DNA of 64,000 nucleotides from Fimbriosthenelais zetlandica (taxonomy: Eukaryota), in NCBI GenBank assembly GCA_977030845.1, contig OZ365112.1, positions 15,004,001 through 15,068,000 of the forward strand, given 5' to 3'. Shown piece by piece: positions 39,255 through 49,100 of this stretch. Positions within the stretch are counted from its first letter, which is position 1; each line of letters starts with the position of its first letter. A model generated the notes under the pieces. That model did not search any database, was not told the DNA's origin, and saw only the letters and a list, made by a program, of their open reading frames with translations. The position numbers and the translations under genes were made by a program.

Positions 39255-41101
39255 ACTATTCTCTGACCCCCAACTCCTCCAAAAAGAAATAGGAGTTAAA
39301 TTACCTTTAAAGATGGAATCAGCCTCGGGGTGGTATGGAATAGTCCCCGATACTATATATAGGGTGGGGTGTTTTGTCAACTTCAAAGAACGATTGGCTT
39401 TCTTCTTGGCATTCATCTTAAATAAAACTAACTTGTATGGAAAGGTATTTCTTGAATGGAGACTTTTGTCCTGTTATTTGTCGAGAATGTGGAATAAACG
39501 CATCTTTATGTTAGGCAGTATTGTTACCAATCCACCCCCTAGGCTTTGATAGGATAATATAAAACAAAGTTAAAAATAACCAGATCTATTATTTCCTTAA
39601 TCAGCCTTGAAATAGCTTTGTGGCAGTAAGTGTGTTTGTAAACAGGCTTGAGAAGAAAGCATCATAATCACCCATTACCTAACCCCATACACGTTCCCAT
39701 TAATGTCCATTTCCCTCCCTTTTTGCGGTGCTTGAGTTTATTGCCCAGACCTGTGTGAGATTTGTTAGGTTCAGGTATCACAGTTCTGGTGCATGGCCGG
39801 GGGCAATGGGTGAAGTTCTGTTTAGGTGTTGAAGTTGTTTGTAAGTGGAAGTGGGTGGATGTGCCGAGCTCTTTGAGTACTGAAAATAAAAAAGAATAAA
39901 TATTATTTTATTCCTGCTAATTCTGGAATCACAGACTAAACTGTTTTTAAATTCAACATACCCTTGAATTTAATCATGAATAATGTACAACAATTTTACA
40001 TCATCTATAGGTAATATATTTCTTAATATCAGGAAATGTGTATCACCAAAGGGTTAACGATAAATACTGGGTTTCCTATTAAAGAAGTCCAGTCTTTTAT
40101 TTTATGACTATTTTATCGCTGATTTCTGGTGTTTGATTACATTCCTGGCCCTGGTCATTCCTCGTGACAATCCCCTTTATGATGTCCGATTCTCAGTATC
40201 CTTGTTTAGCTTTATTGTTGCCATAGAGTGAGGATAGCCCTGATAAACCCATTCCACAGAGAGAGATCACTGATAAAAGTCTAGAGATATGAGCCTGATA
40301 AGAGATGTGTTGGACTTGTGTGGGAGTTGATGCCATGGTGATATCTCAGACTGACTGGTACTTTGTCAACCTGGATGAGGGGATCAGTCACCGCCTGTCG
40401 CCAGTAGTCTCATGTACCCACTGATTGTTCTAGGAAGGGTACGAGTAACCCTGCTTTATCATGATTTTAAACCAAACCTTATAGGGAGAAGAAAGCATTG
40501 TGTCCATCAGTCACGTTTCATATTCTGCAATTTCCTCTTAAGTGGTCCATCCTCAAGCATTCCACTCACTGATTCTTAAGAATATTAGGCCTACCCATCC
40601 ATATTATATTTGCTTAGAATAAAGTACAAGTATCTGTAAAACTGCATAATGTTTCAATGATATTCAACCTATTCAATATTTGAGTTAAAAATAAAATTTC
40701 AAAATGTTTCCACTAAGATTTAGAAGGTAGAATCTTTGCTGGTTTTGGCACAATGTTTATGAGACCTGTTAGGATGGAGTTAACTGTGTTTTTATGGGCG
40801 GGTCATGGCGTGCATGCATGCAGCCTGACAGAATGACACTCCATGTGTGATGTACATTCAAAACTTTTTAAAATTTAAAGGAAAAAATAATAAAAACGAC
40901 ATGCTTATTAGTCAACCCAGTCAACCATGTAGACAGAGACCCGTGTAATGAGCTTTGAGCTAAATTTAGTTTAATGTCTGGTACAAATGCCAAGGTTCCA
41001 TCGAACAACAGATTTCATCAGAAGGAAAAGTGTTTACAATTTAGAAGATTTAAGTCGTTCTGGGCCACTTGTTTTCCCGGTCACTGGGCTTCCTCATGCT
41101 C

Positions 41102-41170
41102 AGGTCATAGTATCCGAGTCAAAGGTCAAAGGTGACTGTGAGTAGACAGCTAGCTTGTTGTCATGGCAGC
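41102..41170 (+). promoter_or_regulatory. Candidate enhancer: array of nuclear-receptor half-sites (tandem DR1) plus X-box-like site
   Basis: AGGTCA (41102), then GAGTCA-A-AGGTCA-A-AGGTGA (41116-41135), then GTTGTCATGGCAGC (41157-41170). Motif match only. Confidence 0.35.
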
Positions 41171-43302
41171 TCGTCACCCGTCCAACATCACCACTGACTT
41201 TATACTATAAGGTCTGTGACATCCCCTATATCATGATCCAGCTGGCTAGCTATATGGTGTGGAGGAAAAACTTCACCTCACCTCACTCTCAGTAAACTTT
41301 TATATTTAATAGGAAAACACCTGGCCCTTCTAATTCTAGAGAATATTTCATCACTTTTTATCAATTGATTATTTGCCATCTTTTCCTAAGGCAGTATCAC
41401 TGTTTTTTTCAATTGTCCCCCAAGCACAGGTAGGCCTACTTTATAAAAGTATCCCGAACAATATAGTTCCTAGGCTATGGTTGGATAGTGAGGTGGGATG
41501 GGGCCTGGGTGGAGATGGGAGGGGGATCTGAGTCAGAAAAGTAGTCCCCTCAACTAACTTCATCCTGATTGTACAGAGGGCAGCACCATATGGGAGACCA
41601 CTCAGTTAGAATGGGGGACTATAGAGTATACTTGATATTAAATATTTTATTCCCGCTTAAAAGTGGGTTCATAAAGATCTTCAAGCAAATTATCTAACCT
41701 AGAATTGATTGTTTTACTAATTAGGAGAATCCAATTATCCCACATCTTCCATGTACATGCATTTGGTATCACTATACGGGCCGGCAGGCTTGGCCTAACC
41801 CTTTCCTGAAACGAATTTAAATTGGCCTTTGGTCTATTGACTATTGGAATTTTAGAAATATTAGAAACGTTTGAAATATTTGGATTGAACTTTGTCAAAC
41901 ATTTACTCCCCACTGTGTCCAATGTGTCCAGATTAATCTCCTTTACAAGTCTTCATCAACAGTCCCTGCAGGACTTCAACAATCTTTTCTCCCCTTCACA
42001 GTTGGTGATAAGCACTTGATTTCGCACCGAATTCTGCGCTTGGCAAGCTCAGCAGGCGGCAATTGACAGGGAAAAAACAATTAATTACTTAAATTGCCCC
42101 CTTTGCACCTCCTCCTTCATGCTTTTGGTGGCGAAACATGGGAATGCCAACTGACTTGTGTCTGACTTGCCAATTGTTGGTAATTACTTGGAATTTAATT
42201 GGTTTTCTTTGGAATTATCTGATAGCCTTTTGGCCTGGTGCAATTGCCTGTCAATTACCTTTGTTGGAGACCTGGAATCAGAATTAATATGTACATTTTA
42301 CATACATTGAACAATATATATACATAAGTGAAAATTCACGAATGGGTAATGTTGAGAGTTACAATGCCTAAAATCAGTGCCAATATTGGCCCTGGAAGCC
42401 AAATAATGTCTTGCCATATGATAACTTCTTAGATACTTGCAATTTGATTTGCTCAGCCTATAAAGATTTTCTGTTAAATATTTAAATTCCATGTAGGGAT
42501 TAAGATTTTGGCTTCTTTACATGCCTGTCTTTGATCCAAGCAATTCACTTAAGGAGGTGACTGGAATTCAGTGCCACATTGCTATGATTAAGAATACGAG
42601 TCAATTGAATTATCTTTTGTCTTTTGTTCACTCATTAACTACTGTCTTGTGCTTAACAGGATTTGTCATGTTCAAAGAGGTGTTAGTTTAGTGACCAGCC
42701 AGGCTGAGTAGGTATACAGAGAGCCTTAATTAAAGGCCTTGACTGGAGGAAGTTATAGGGGGTGGGACTGTGGGACTCCAGCCTATAGCTGTACACATGT
42801 GTAGTGCTACCATTCACCCTCTCACAGTAACTATATCCACACCTCACTCGGGATTATTGCCCCCAAAGCTTGGATTAACACCCACAGTTGTAGGTTAATA
42901 AGGGAATGTGAGAAACTGTCGTAGCTAATTCATTCCAACATCAGAAAAATGCAGTTCACCTCGTCATTCAATACGACAGGAACCTCCTTGAACTTATTCC
43001 CCAGGCAGGATCTGCCATAGGAAGCTGTTGATGAATAATTCAACCAATTCCATTTGAGTTTTCTGTTCAGGATTGTAATTGGCTGCAGTGTAAATTATAG
43101 ATTAAACCTTCGTATCTGGGCAATGACATTGTTCATTGTTCGGGAATTAAAGGAGCAGGATTCAGATGGAGTAATAGTTATAACAAAGGACCAAGTTTCT
43201 ACTATTTCATATACAGTAACTGTCAAAGTAATGAGTCAGCAGAGATGCAAAAGTCCCAGTACAAAATAAGCACATACAGGTAGACATGACACTTGTATAA
43301 GC

Positions 43303-44202
43303 ATGATGTCGTCTGACAGTGATAACTTGGCCTGGTACTGTAGCCTGTGTGGTCACAACCATTCAGCCTATAAAGAACCAATCTCACTCTCCTTGTCTGA
43401 CGATGAAGATCCATTACCTCCCTTAAGTGGACCCTTCCATTGTCACCTCGCCAGCTTAACTTCCAGGCCATGTTCTGCACAAAATCTATATGGGTGCATA
43501 CCCCCTGATCCCTGGTCATCCATGGGCGATGGGATTCCACAATTGAAAACGCACCAAGAGACCAGTTATTTGAACCACACAAACAGTTATCAAAATTGGC
43601 CTAATGGTAGAAACATATCAAGTGGATCAACTCCATTTAGCAGATTCAAAAAGACTAAAGGCTACTCACATAATGGAAGAAAAGCTAAGATAAAGTCATT
43701 TCTGCATTTTGATACCAGACCTACAACACAAACGCATAGAAATAAATGTAGGGTATCGATGAGTCTCAAAATTCCAAAATCTCTAAGGAATCCTGTCATT
43801 AACAGTCACTTAAACAGTAGTTCAGTACGGGATTGTCCACCTATCAAAAATGATGTACTGAATCATAAGTTCCAGCATGAGATTCCTTCTGACCAAGGAT
43901 TTTGGAGAGGATCTGATGTAAATCGTTACAAATCATCATCTGCTCGGACTAGATTTGAAGACCAAAGACTTGATGTTGAAGAACATTCACTCAGTGCTCA
44001 TAATCTTGACCAAAACTTTAGAGCAGATGGAAAAGTGCAGCAAAATTGCCAAAATAAGAGATCAAACTGCCCTGGATGGGTTGAGGAACTTTGTCAATTA
44101 GAAAGAGCAGACTCTGATTCTGAGGTTGGTCACCCCCTAAAGAATATCAAAATAGCATCTATAAGTTTTGTGCCAATTATTAGCAGGTTAATCATTTTGT
44201 GA
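43303..44202 (+). CDS. 299-aa Ser/Asn/Lys-rich ORF just upstream of exon 4; putative large alternative first exon of the MPRIP-like gene
   Basis: 900 nt open in AT-rich intronic DNA, where a chance ORF this long is very unlikely. It ends 97 nt before exon 4. In-frame donor candidates: GAG|GTTGGT (44124, phase 0, fits exon 4) and CAG|GTTAAT (44186, phase 2, fits exon 5). Confidence 0.65.
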   Translation: MMSSDSDNLAWYCSLCGHNHSAYKEPISLSLSDDEDPLPPLSGPFHCHLASLTSRPCSAQNLYGCIPPDPWSSMGDGIPQLKTHQETSYLNHTNSYQNWPNGRNISSGSTPFSRFKKTKGYSHNGRKAKIKSFLHFDTRPTTQTHRNKCRVSMSLKIPKSLRNPVINSHLNSSSVRDCPPIKNDVLNHKFQHEIPSDQGFWRGSDVNRYKSSSARTRFEDQRLDVEEHSLSAHNLDQNFRADGKVQQNCQNKRSNCPGWVEELCQLERADSDSEVGHPLKNIKIASISFVPIISRLIIL

Positions 44203-44298
44203 TTCCACACCACTATACTGGGGGATATCCCTGGGATAGACTTGATCCCTAAACATTGTCAAATGACTTAATCTTACCTGTTGTTTTTGTCTTGTCAG

Positions 44299-44450
44299 GT
44301 GGGTACCGTCCCCCAAGGTGTGATCGACATGAACAAGTGTTGTGACGTTCACGACGCTGAAGCCATGACGTCACACCAAATGTCTATCGCCGTCAAAACG
44401 CCAGACAAAACAACCTACATCAAAGGCAGTGACAAGCATGAAATTGCCAG
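44299..44450 (+). CDS. MPRIP: MPRIP-like coding exon 4 (VGTVPQGVIDMNKCCDVHDAEAMTSHQMSIAVKTPDKTTYIKGSDKHEIAR)
   Basis: TTGTTTTTGTCTTGTCAG acceptor, CAG|GTAAAT donor, phase 0-2, 152 nt. Matches the remembered PQGTINMNQC..TPEKEHFIRA. Confidence 0.95.
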
Positions 44451-44632
44451 GTAAATTACTTTCTTTTTAAACAGATTTTCAAATATTTATAACAAATTTC
44501 CTGGAAAAAATATTCTGTTTATCTTTCCAATAAGTTTCCTGAAAGAAATGTAGTAAATTTGTGCAACTTTCTGCACAGACCTACACAGTTTTATTGCAAT
44601 CACTATAACATTGTTAACATTTTCTCCACCAG

Positions 44633-44744
44633 GTGGTTTGATGTGCTGGTGATGTATCCACGAAGCATGAAGACGAAACATCGCCGCTCACCCACCTACC
44701 CTTCAGCCATCCCCAAACCTGACATTCAACTCCCCTCCACACAG
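44633..44744 (+). CDS. MPRIP: MPRIP-like coding exon 5 (WFDVLVMYPRSMKTKHRRSPTYPSAIPKPDIQLPSTQ), end of PH domain
   Basis: TTTTCTCCACCAG acceptor, CAG|GTAGGT donor, phase 2-0. The conserved PH C-terminal helix W..VL..YPR is present. Confidence 0.93.
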
Positions 44745-45716
44745 GTAGGTGTCGCCACTCTCATACATGCACCTCTAACACCATGTCATGCTTTCCATAG
44801 GAGCTTTCCTTCTTTTTGGAAGGAACCTTCCATTCAAAAGTCTATCTTTTTAGTTTTCTTGGATAAATCCCAGTTAAATACATCTTCAATTAAACACATA
44901 GTACACAGAAAATGCAAAAGAGGGCATTTTCGTTCCATTGCATTGAAATATTATTGGTTTAATTCTCCTTCCCAAATTCCCAAATGATTGTAAGTCTTGT
45001 TCGTGTTGGTTCTTGGATTGCGTTGGGTTTTCAAAATGGCACAACCTTATTCATAAATGGATTGGGTGCCTAGATTTGGGGTTGGAACAATGCTAACCGG
45101 TGAGGGTTTACTTTGGATCAAATGGATTTTATATACCAGATCGTTTGTACATCAGATCCCTGTTTAAGTAAATGATCTGATTTTCCTTCACTTTGTTACC
45201 ATGAGGGATAATAATGTACTACTCGGTTGCGCTTGTCATAACAGGATGTGCATGTGGGGCTTTGGGTGCAGAAATTAATGAATGGCAACTCAGGAGTCCC
45301 TGGTTTTCCAAGTATAGTTCAGTGCAAGAAATACCTACCCAGAAATGCAGATATTTTGCACACTTCATACCCTGGTGCTGGTTGGTCATATTTCAATATA
45401 AAATGGATTGGTTCCTTATGTTATTATTTGAGTTTCTTGTGAATTTGGTGAGAACTAATAATTGGGATTTTAGCCACAACAATTATTTGCACCAGGGTCT
45501 GAATGTGGGCTCCTAGCTTGTGATACATGGTATAGACCCCTGCCAATCTTCCCTACCAATTCCCAAGTACCTCTGCATTCCCCAGCGAAAAATCCCAACC
45601 TCACTCAAGAAGGGGCGTGAATTTAATCAAGGAGCTTATATGCTCTTTGATTTAATGGAGGTAAACACTCTTTCTATTTGAATGCGTTTCTGCTGCTATG
45701 TGTCTCGTTCTTGTAG

Positions 45717-45749
45717 CCTTCGCCAGGTGGGGACTCAGGCTGTGAGCAG
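45717..45749 (+). CDS. MPRIP: Probable 33-nt micro-exon of the MPRIP-like gene (PSPGGDSGCEQ)
   Basis: Strong acceptor (TGTCTCGTTCTTGTAG) and donor (CAG|GTAAAG). Phase 0-0, open and in frame with exon 5. No homology support. Confidence 0.55.
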
Positions 45750-47482
45750 GTAAAGCTGTTCTCTCCTCAAACATAGACCCGACAGTGAATGAGTTGTTAG
45801 ATATCCTGTTGCCAATAGCTCGTCTCCCTGCTTTTTGCAAAACAAATGCTCTAAATGATCTGACTGCTTTATTGGCTGTATGGATGTATCCCTGGAATCT
45901 TCAGTCTTGTGACCTGGTCCATGTGCATAGTTTAAGTTTTTAAGCCCTTCCTTATAGATCTCTGAATGGATAGAATTTAAATAAGCTTTTGTGCATTTTG
46001 TCTGTTAAGGGAGTATGGAGTAATGCACAGATAGATTCACAGCTTTGCATGGCTTCCCATCTTGATGTAGTAAAATGCACCCTTGACGTTTCCCAGCATC
46101 AAAGTCACTCTATGCATCTTCAGCACTTTCCTTTAGTCCAGTTACTTTCTCTGTTGTCTTTATTTATATCGTACTATATTATCAAAAAACCGCAGTGGAA
46201 AGTCTTCATATTGATATTGTAATGAAATGCTGGAGACATCTCTGGTTTTCCCCTAACAATCTGACCTACCACACCAGACTATTCCAGACAAAAGTATTCG
46301 CTTCCACTTTTTGATACCATGTCTCCATTCCATGTATGGTTAAAGTCCACAAGGGAAAGGGCAGATGGTTCTGGTTAGTCTGAAATAGTTGACTTTTTGT
46401 CACATTTATCATTAGAGTGTGTGGACGGTTGTGTGCCTCAGTATTTCTATGCGTCCGTTCGTTTGGCCAGGTGTTAAGTTGTTTGCTACATTACACGGGT
46501 TAATATTCTTTGTTTCGCTCTCACCTTGATTATCGACCAGATCATCATGTCTTTGCCTCGATAGATATCGCCATGTTTATACTGGTATCCATAGTTACCC
46601 GGCATATTGCCTCCTCTATTCTAGTTGACCATGACTCACGCTTTCATGAAGTCATCAAAATTGTATCCAGAGAAAAGAACAGCATTAAAAAGTGCCAATG
46701 GGGGAGTTGTATTCGTGATTACCTTCAAGATTATTAACGAAGGTGGTTTCATCCATAATTGATATGGATACCTTGAGTTACATCATAATGTAAATGTTTT
46801 TTATCAACTTTTGCCATCCACCTGTCATTTTATAGTTTAAATTCCAACAGCCATTGCAGCTGCCAGGAATGGGAGTGTCAGGTGCATATTATTGAAATGC
46901 CCTCATCCCTGATATCATGACAAATGATGCTGCTGCTAATGATTACTGTAGACCCACATATTGTCTCTGTCAGTCATAATAAATGTTATACTGATGGATA
47001 AAAAAGTATTTTTTTACTGCATGCTATATAATTATGCTGTACAATCTTATATGTTTAGTCTATTACTTTGCCATATTTTGACCAAGGAGGGGTCACTCAC
47101 TAAACTTATAATATATACATGAAGCATATTCCAAATGCTATGTCCTGAACTTGGGGTCAGATTCAAGTTAATTTTCATTTGCTGAACACATATCTGTGTA
47201 TTTACTATGAACTCTTGAATAATGGAGATTAAACTCAAGTTGAACTTCCCAAGTCCTTTTGAAGTCCTTGCAAAATTATTGATGAAGAAATTCATAAGCA
47301 AAACAGAACATTATACCTATCGGTTCTGTTGTGCACAAACTTATTGTACAAAGTACTGTAGACCTAGGACGTCCAAGTGAATTGGAAACGGAGATATTTC
47401 TCCTTCAATATTGAGGTAATTCCAGGAGAAATCAATCAAGGCAGCTCATAGAAAGAAACTTAATCAAAGTTTAAAAATAGCC

Positions 47483-47902
47483 ATGAGAAGGATTGTGGAT
47501 GTTTTAAGTGTGGAGGAGGTTAACAAGACCCTGAAGGAATGGCTCCGTGAAAACGAAGATGTCTCACAGAGAGAATATGTGGGCATTGGCTTTATGTGTA
47601 TCAGGGACAAAATCTATCACGAGGGTGAACTGACCAACGCTAGCGTCACTATCCATAACCTGGAGATGGAAGCAGAGGCTACCATAGAGACCAAAGACTA
47701 TAAAGGTCCGCTGAGAAAAACATTCAAAGTGAGACATAATGAAATCATCCGCAGTGATAAAGCCTTCAAGGCTCGGGAGATCTTTAAGAAAGGTTTGAAG
47801 CTACTATGGGAGATGCTGGTTGAATTCTTCGGCGGTATGGGAGTGAAGGTAGCAGGCAGACTTAGTCATGTTGACGAGCTAGAGGCGATCACTTGGAAAT
47901 GA
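47483..47902 (+). CDS. Unidentified 139-aa protein, intronless ORF nested in an MPRIP intron (or an alternative terminal exon)
   Basis: About 74 of 139 codons end in G/C by hand count, against AT-rich flanks. Many G-starting codons, start context GCCATG, globular amino-acid composition, AATAAA 160 nt after the stop. The frame is open from 47420, with a candidate acceptor TTCCAG| at 47425. No family recognised. Confidence 0.75.
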   Translation: MRRIVDVLSVEEVNKTLKEWLRENEDVSQREYVGIGFMCIRDKIYHEGELTNASVTIHNLEMEAEATIETKDYKGPLRKTFKVRHNEIIRSDKAFKAREIFKKGLKLLWEMLVEFFGGMGVKVAGRLSHVDELEAITWK

Positions 47903-48061
47903 ATTGAACTATATCTCATGTGTTAATGTGTACTCAAATCTACTGGTGGAAATCTATTATAATTTATTCTACCAAAATATTGAACTTTACTTGGATCAAG
48001 TCTTCGAGTTAAATGTTCAAAATATTCCAACTATTTTACCTCGCTTTACAATTGATTTCAC

Positions 48062-48067
48062 AATAAA
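48062..48067 (+). terminator. Polyadenylation signal AATAAA downstream of the 47483 ORF
   Basis: First AATAAA after the stop at 47902, followed by T/GT-rich sequence near 48100-48170. Confidence 0.45.
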
Positions 48068-49046
48068 GCTTTCTTTGTCACGTGCAAAAAAAACCTGACG
48101 TACCTTTTGGGTTTTGCATGAAAGGTTCTACCCGCAATAAGTGATCTTTGTTATGTATTTTGTCTCCCATGAACTAAAGTCGAGTATGGCCAGGTAGATC
48201 TGCGTTCTCAATTGTCACATACCTGGCATAACTGCTTGTGTAAAAGTCTTCGCCGCCAAATTTGTTTCGTGGCTCTTGGTATATTTGTCAGAGGATTGTG
48301 AAAAGAAAAAAACATGAGAAAAATGTACTCCTCCATAAACCGTGGGTATTTACAGGGGATATTGTATGGGGGGGCGTGATACATGAAACTTATGAAGATA
48401 TACTTGAATACAGGGTACCTATATACCATTCCTGCTAACTTTAATTGGCTGAATTGACTGATGAATACACAATTGAAAAATGGTTTTGTACCACAATACT
48501 TGATGTAACTTCAAAATGATTTTATCTGAAATTCTAAAATTAGACAATTTTGTGTACATTAAAAATACAGCGATGAAAGATGATTAATCATTGGATGTAC
48601 CTTTGATGCCCGGGGCAGGTAAATTACTTTGTCCCCAGCGTCTAATATATGATCTAACGACACCTCACCCTGCCAATAACGCTCTTTGTGACAAAATACT
48701 CCACCCGAATTTGCCAAAAGAGACCTCACCCACAATTTATTTTTTCATCTACGCGGGAAAACCATCTGATCATATGTTTGGCTGCAAACATTGTAAATAC
48801 ATGTATTATTTGTTTGTGGAATTGAAACTCATTTAAACAAGAAAATCTGATAGGTTTGTCATTCCTATGACCTTTCTCTTGACCGTTCTGTCATGACCGT
48901 TCTCAAACCATGCAGTATTTATGAGTTCATAGACATTTAGTACATACTGATGGCTATTTTGTAACCACAAAGCCTCCACCCCTAATCATTCCCTATCGTT
49001 TATAAGTTCATTTTCTTACCCGGATCAATACCATCTCTAAAACAAA

Positions 49047-49100
49047 GCTCCGCCCACTGACCCACCAGCCACGCCCCCATCATCATTACGCCCCTCCCCC
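49047..49100. promoter_or_regulatory. Cluster of Sp/KLF GC-box motifs
   Basis: GCTCCGCCC (49047), GCCACGCCCCC (49068), TACGCCCCTCCCCC (49087) within about 55 bp. Confidence 0.3.

Larger units (their letters stand above)
5688..45749 (+). other. MPRIP: MPRIP/Outspread-family gene (myosin phosphatase Rho-interacting protein-like), 5' part; the gene continues beyond this span and probably beyond the window
   Basis: Spliced exons give the N-terminal Cys/His motif plus the first PH domain (see exon features). The second PH domain (..KKGWL..) and coiled coils were not found in the window. Confidence 0.9.

Noticed and set aside
41647-41922. 91-aa - strand ORF, considered as a retroelement fragment
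   Set aside because: No RT, endonuclease or transposase motif recognised; non-ATG start.
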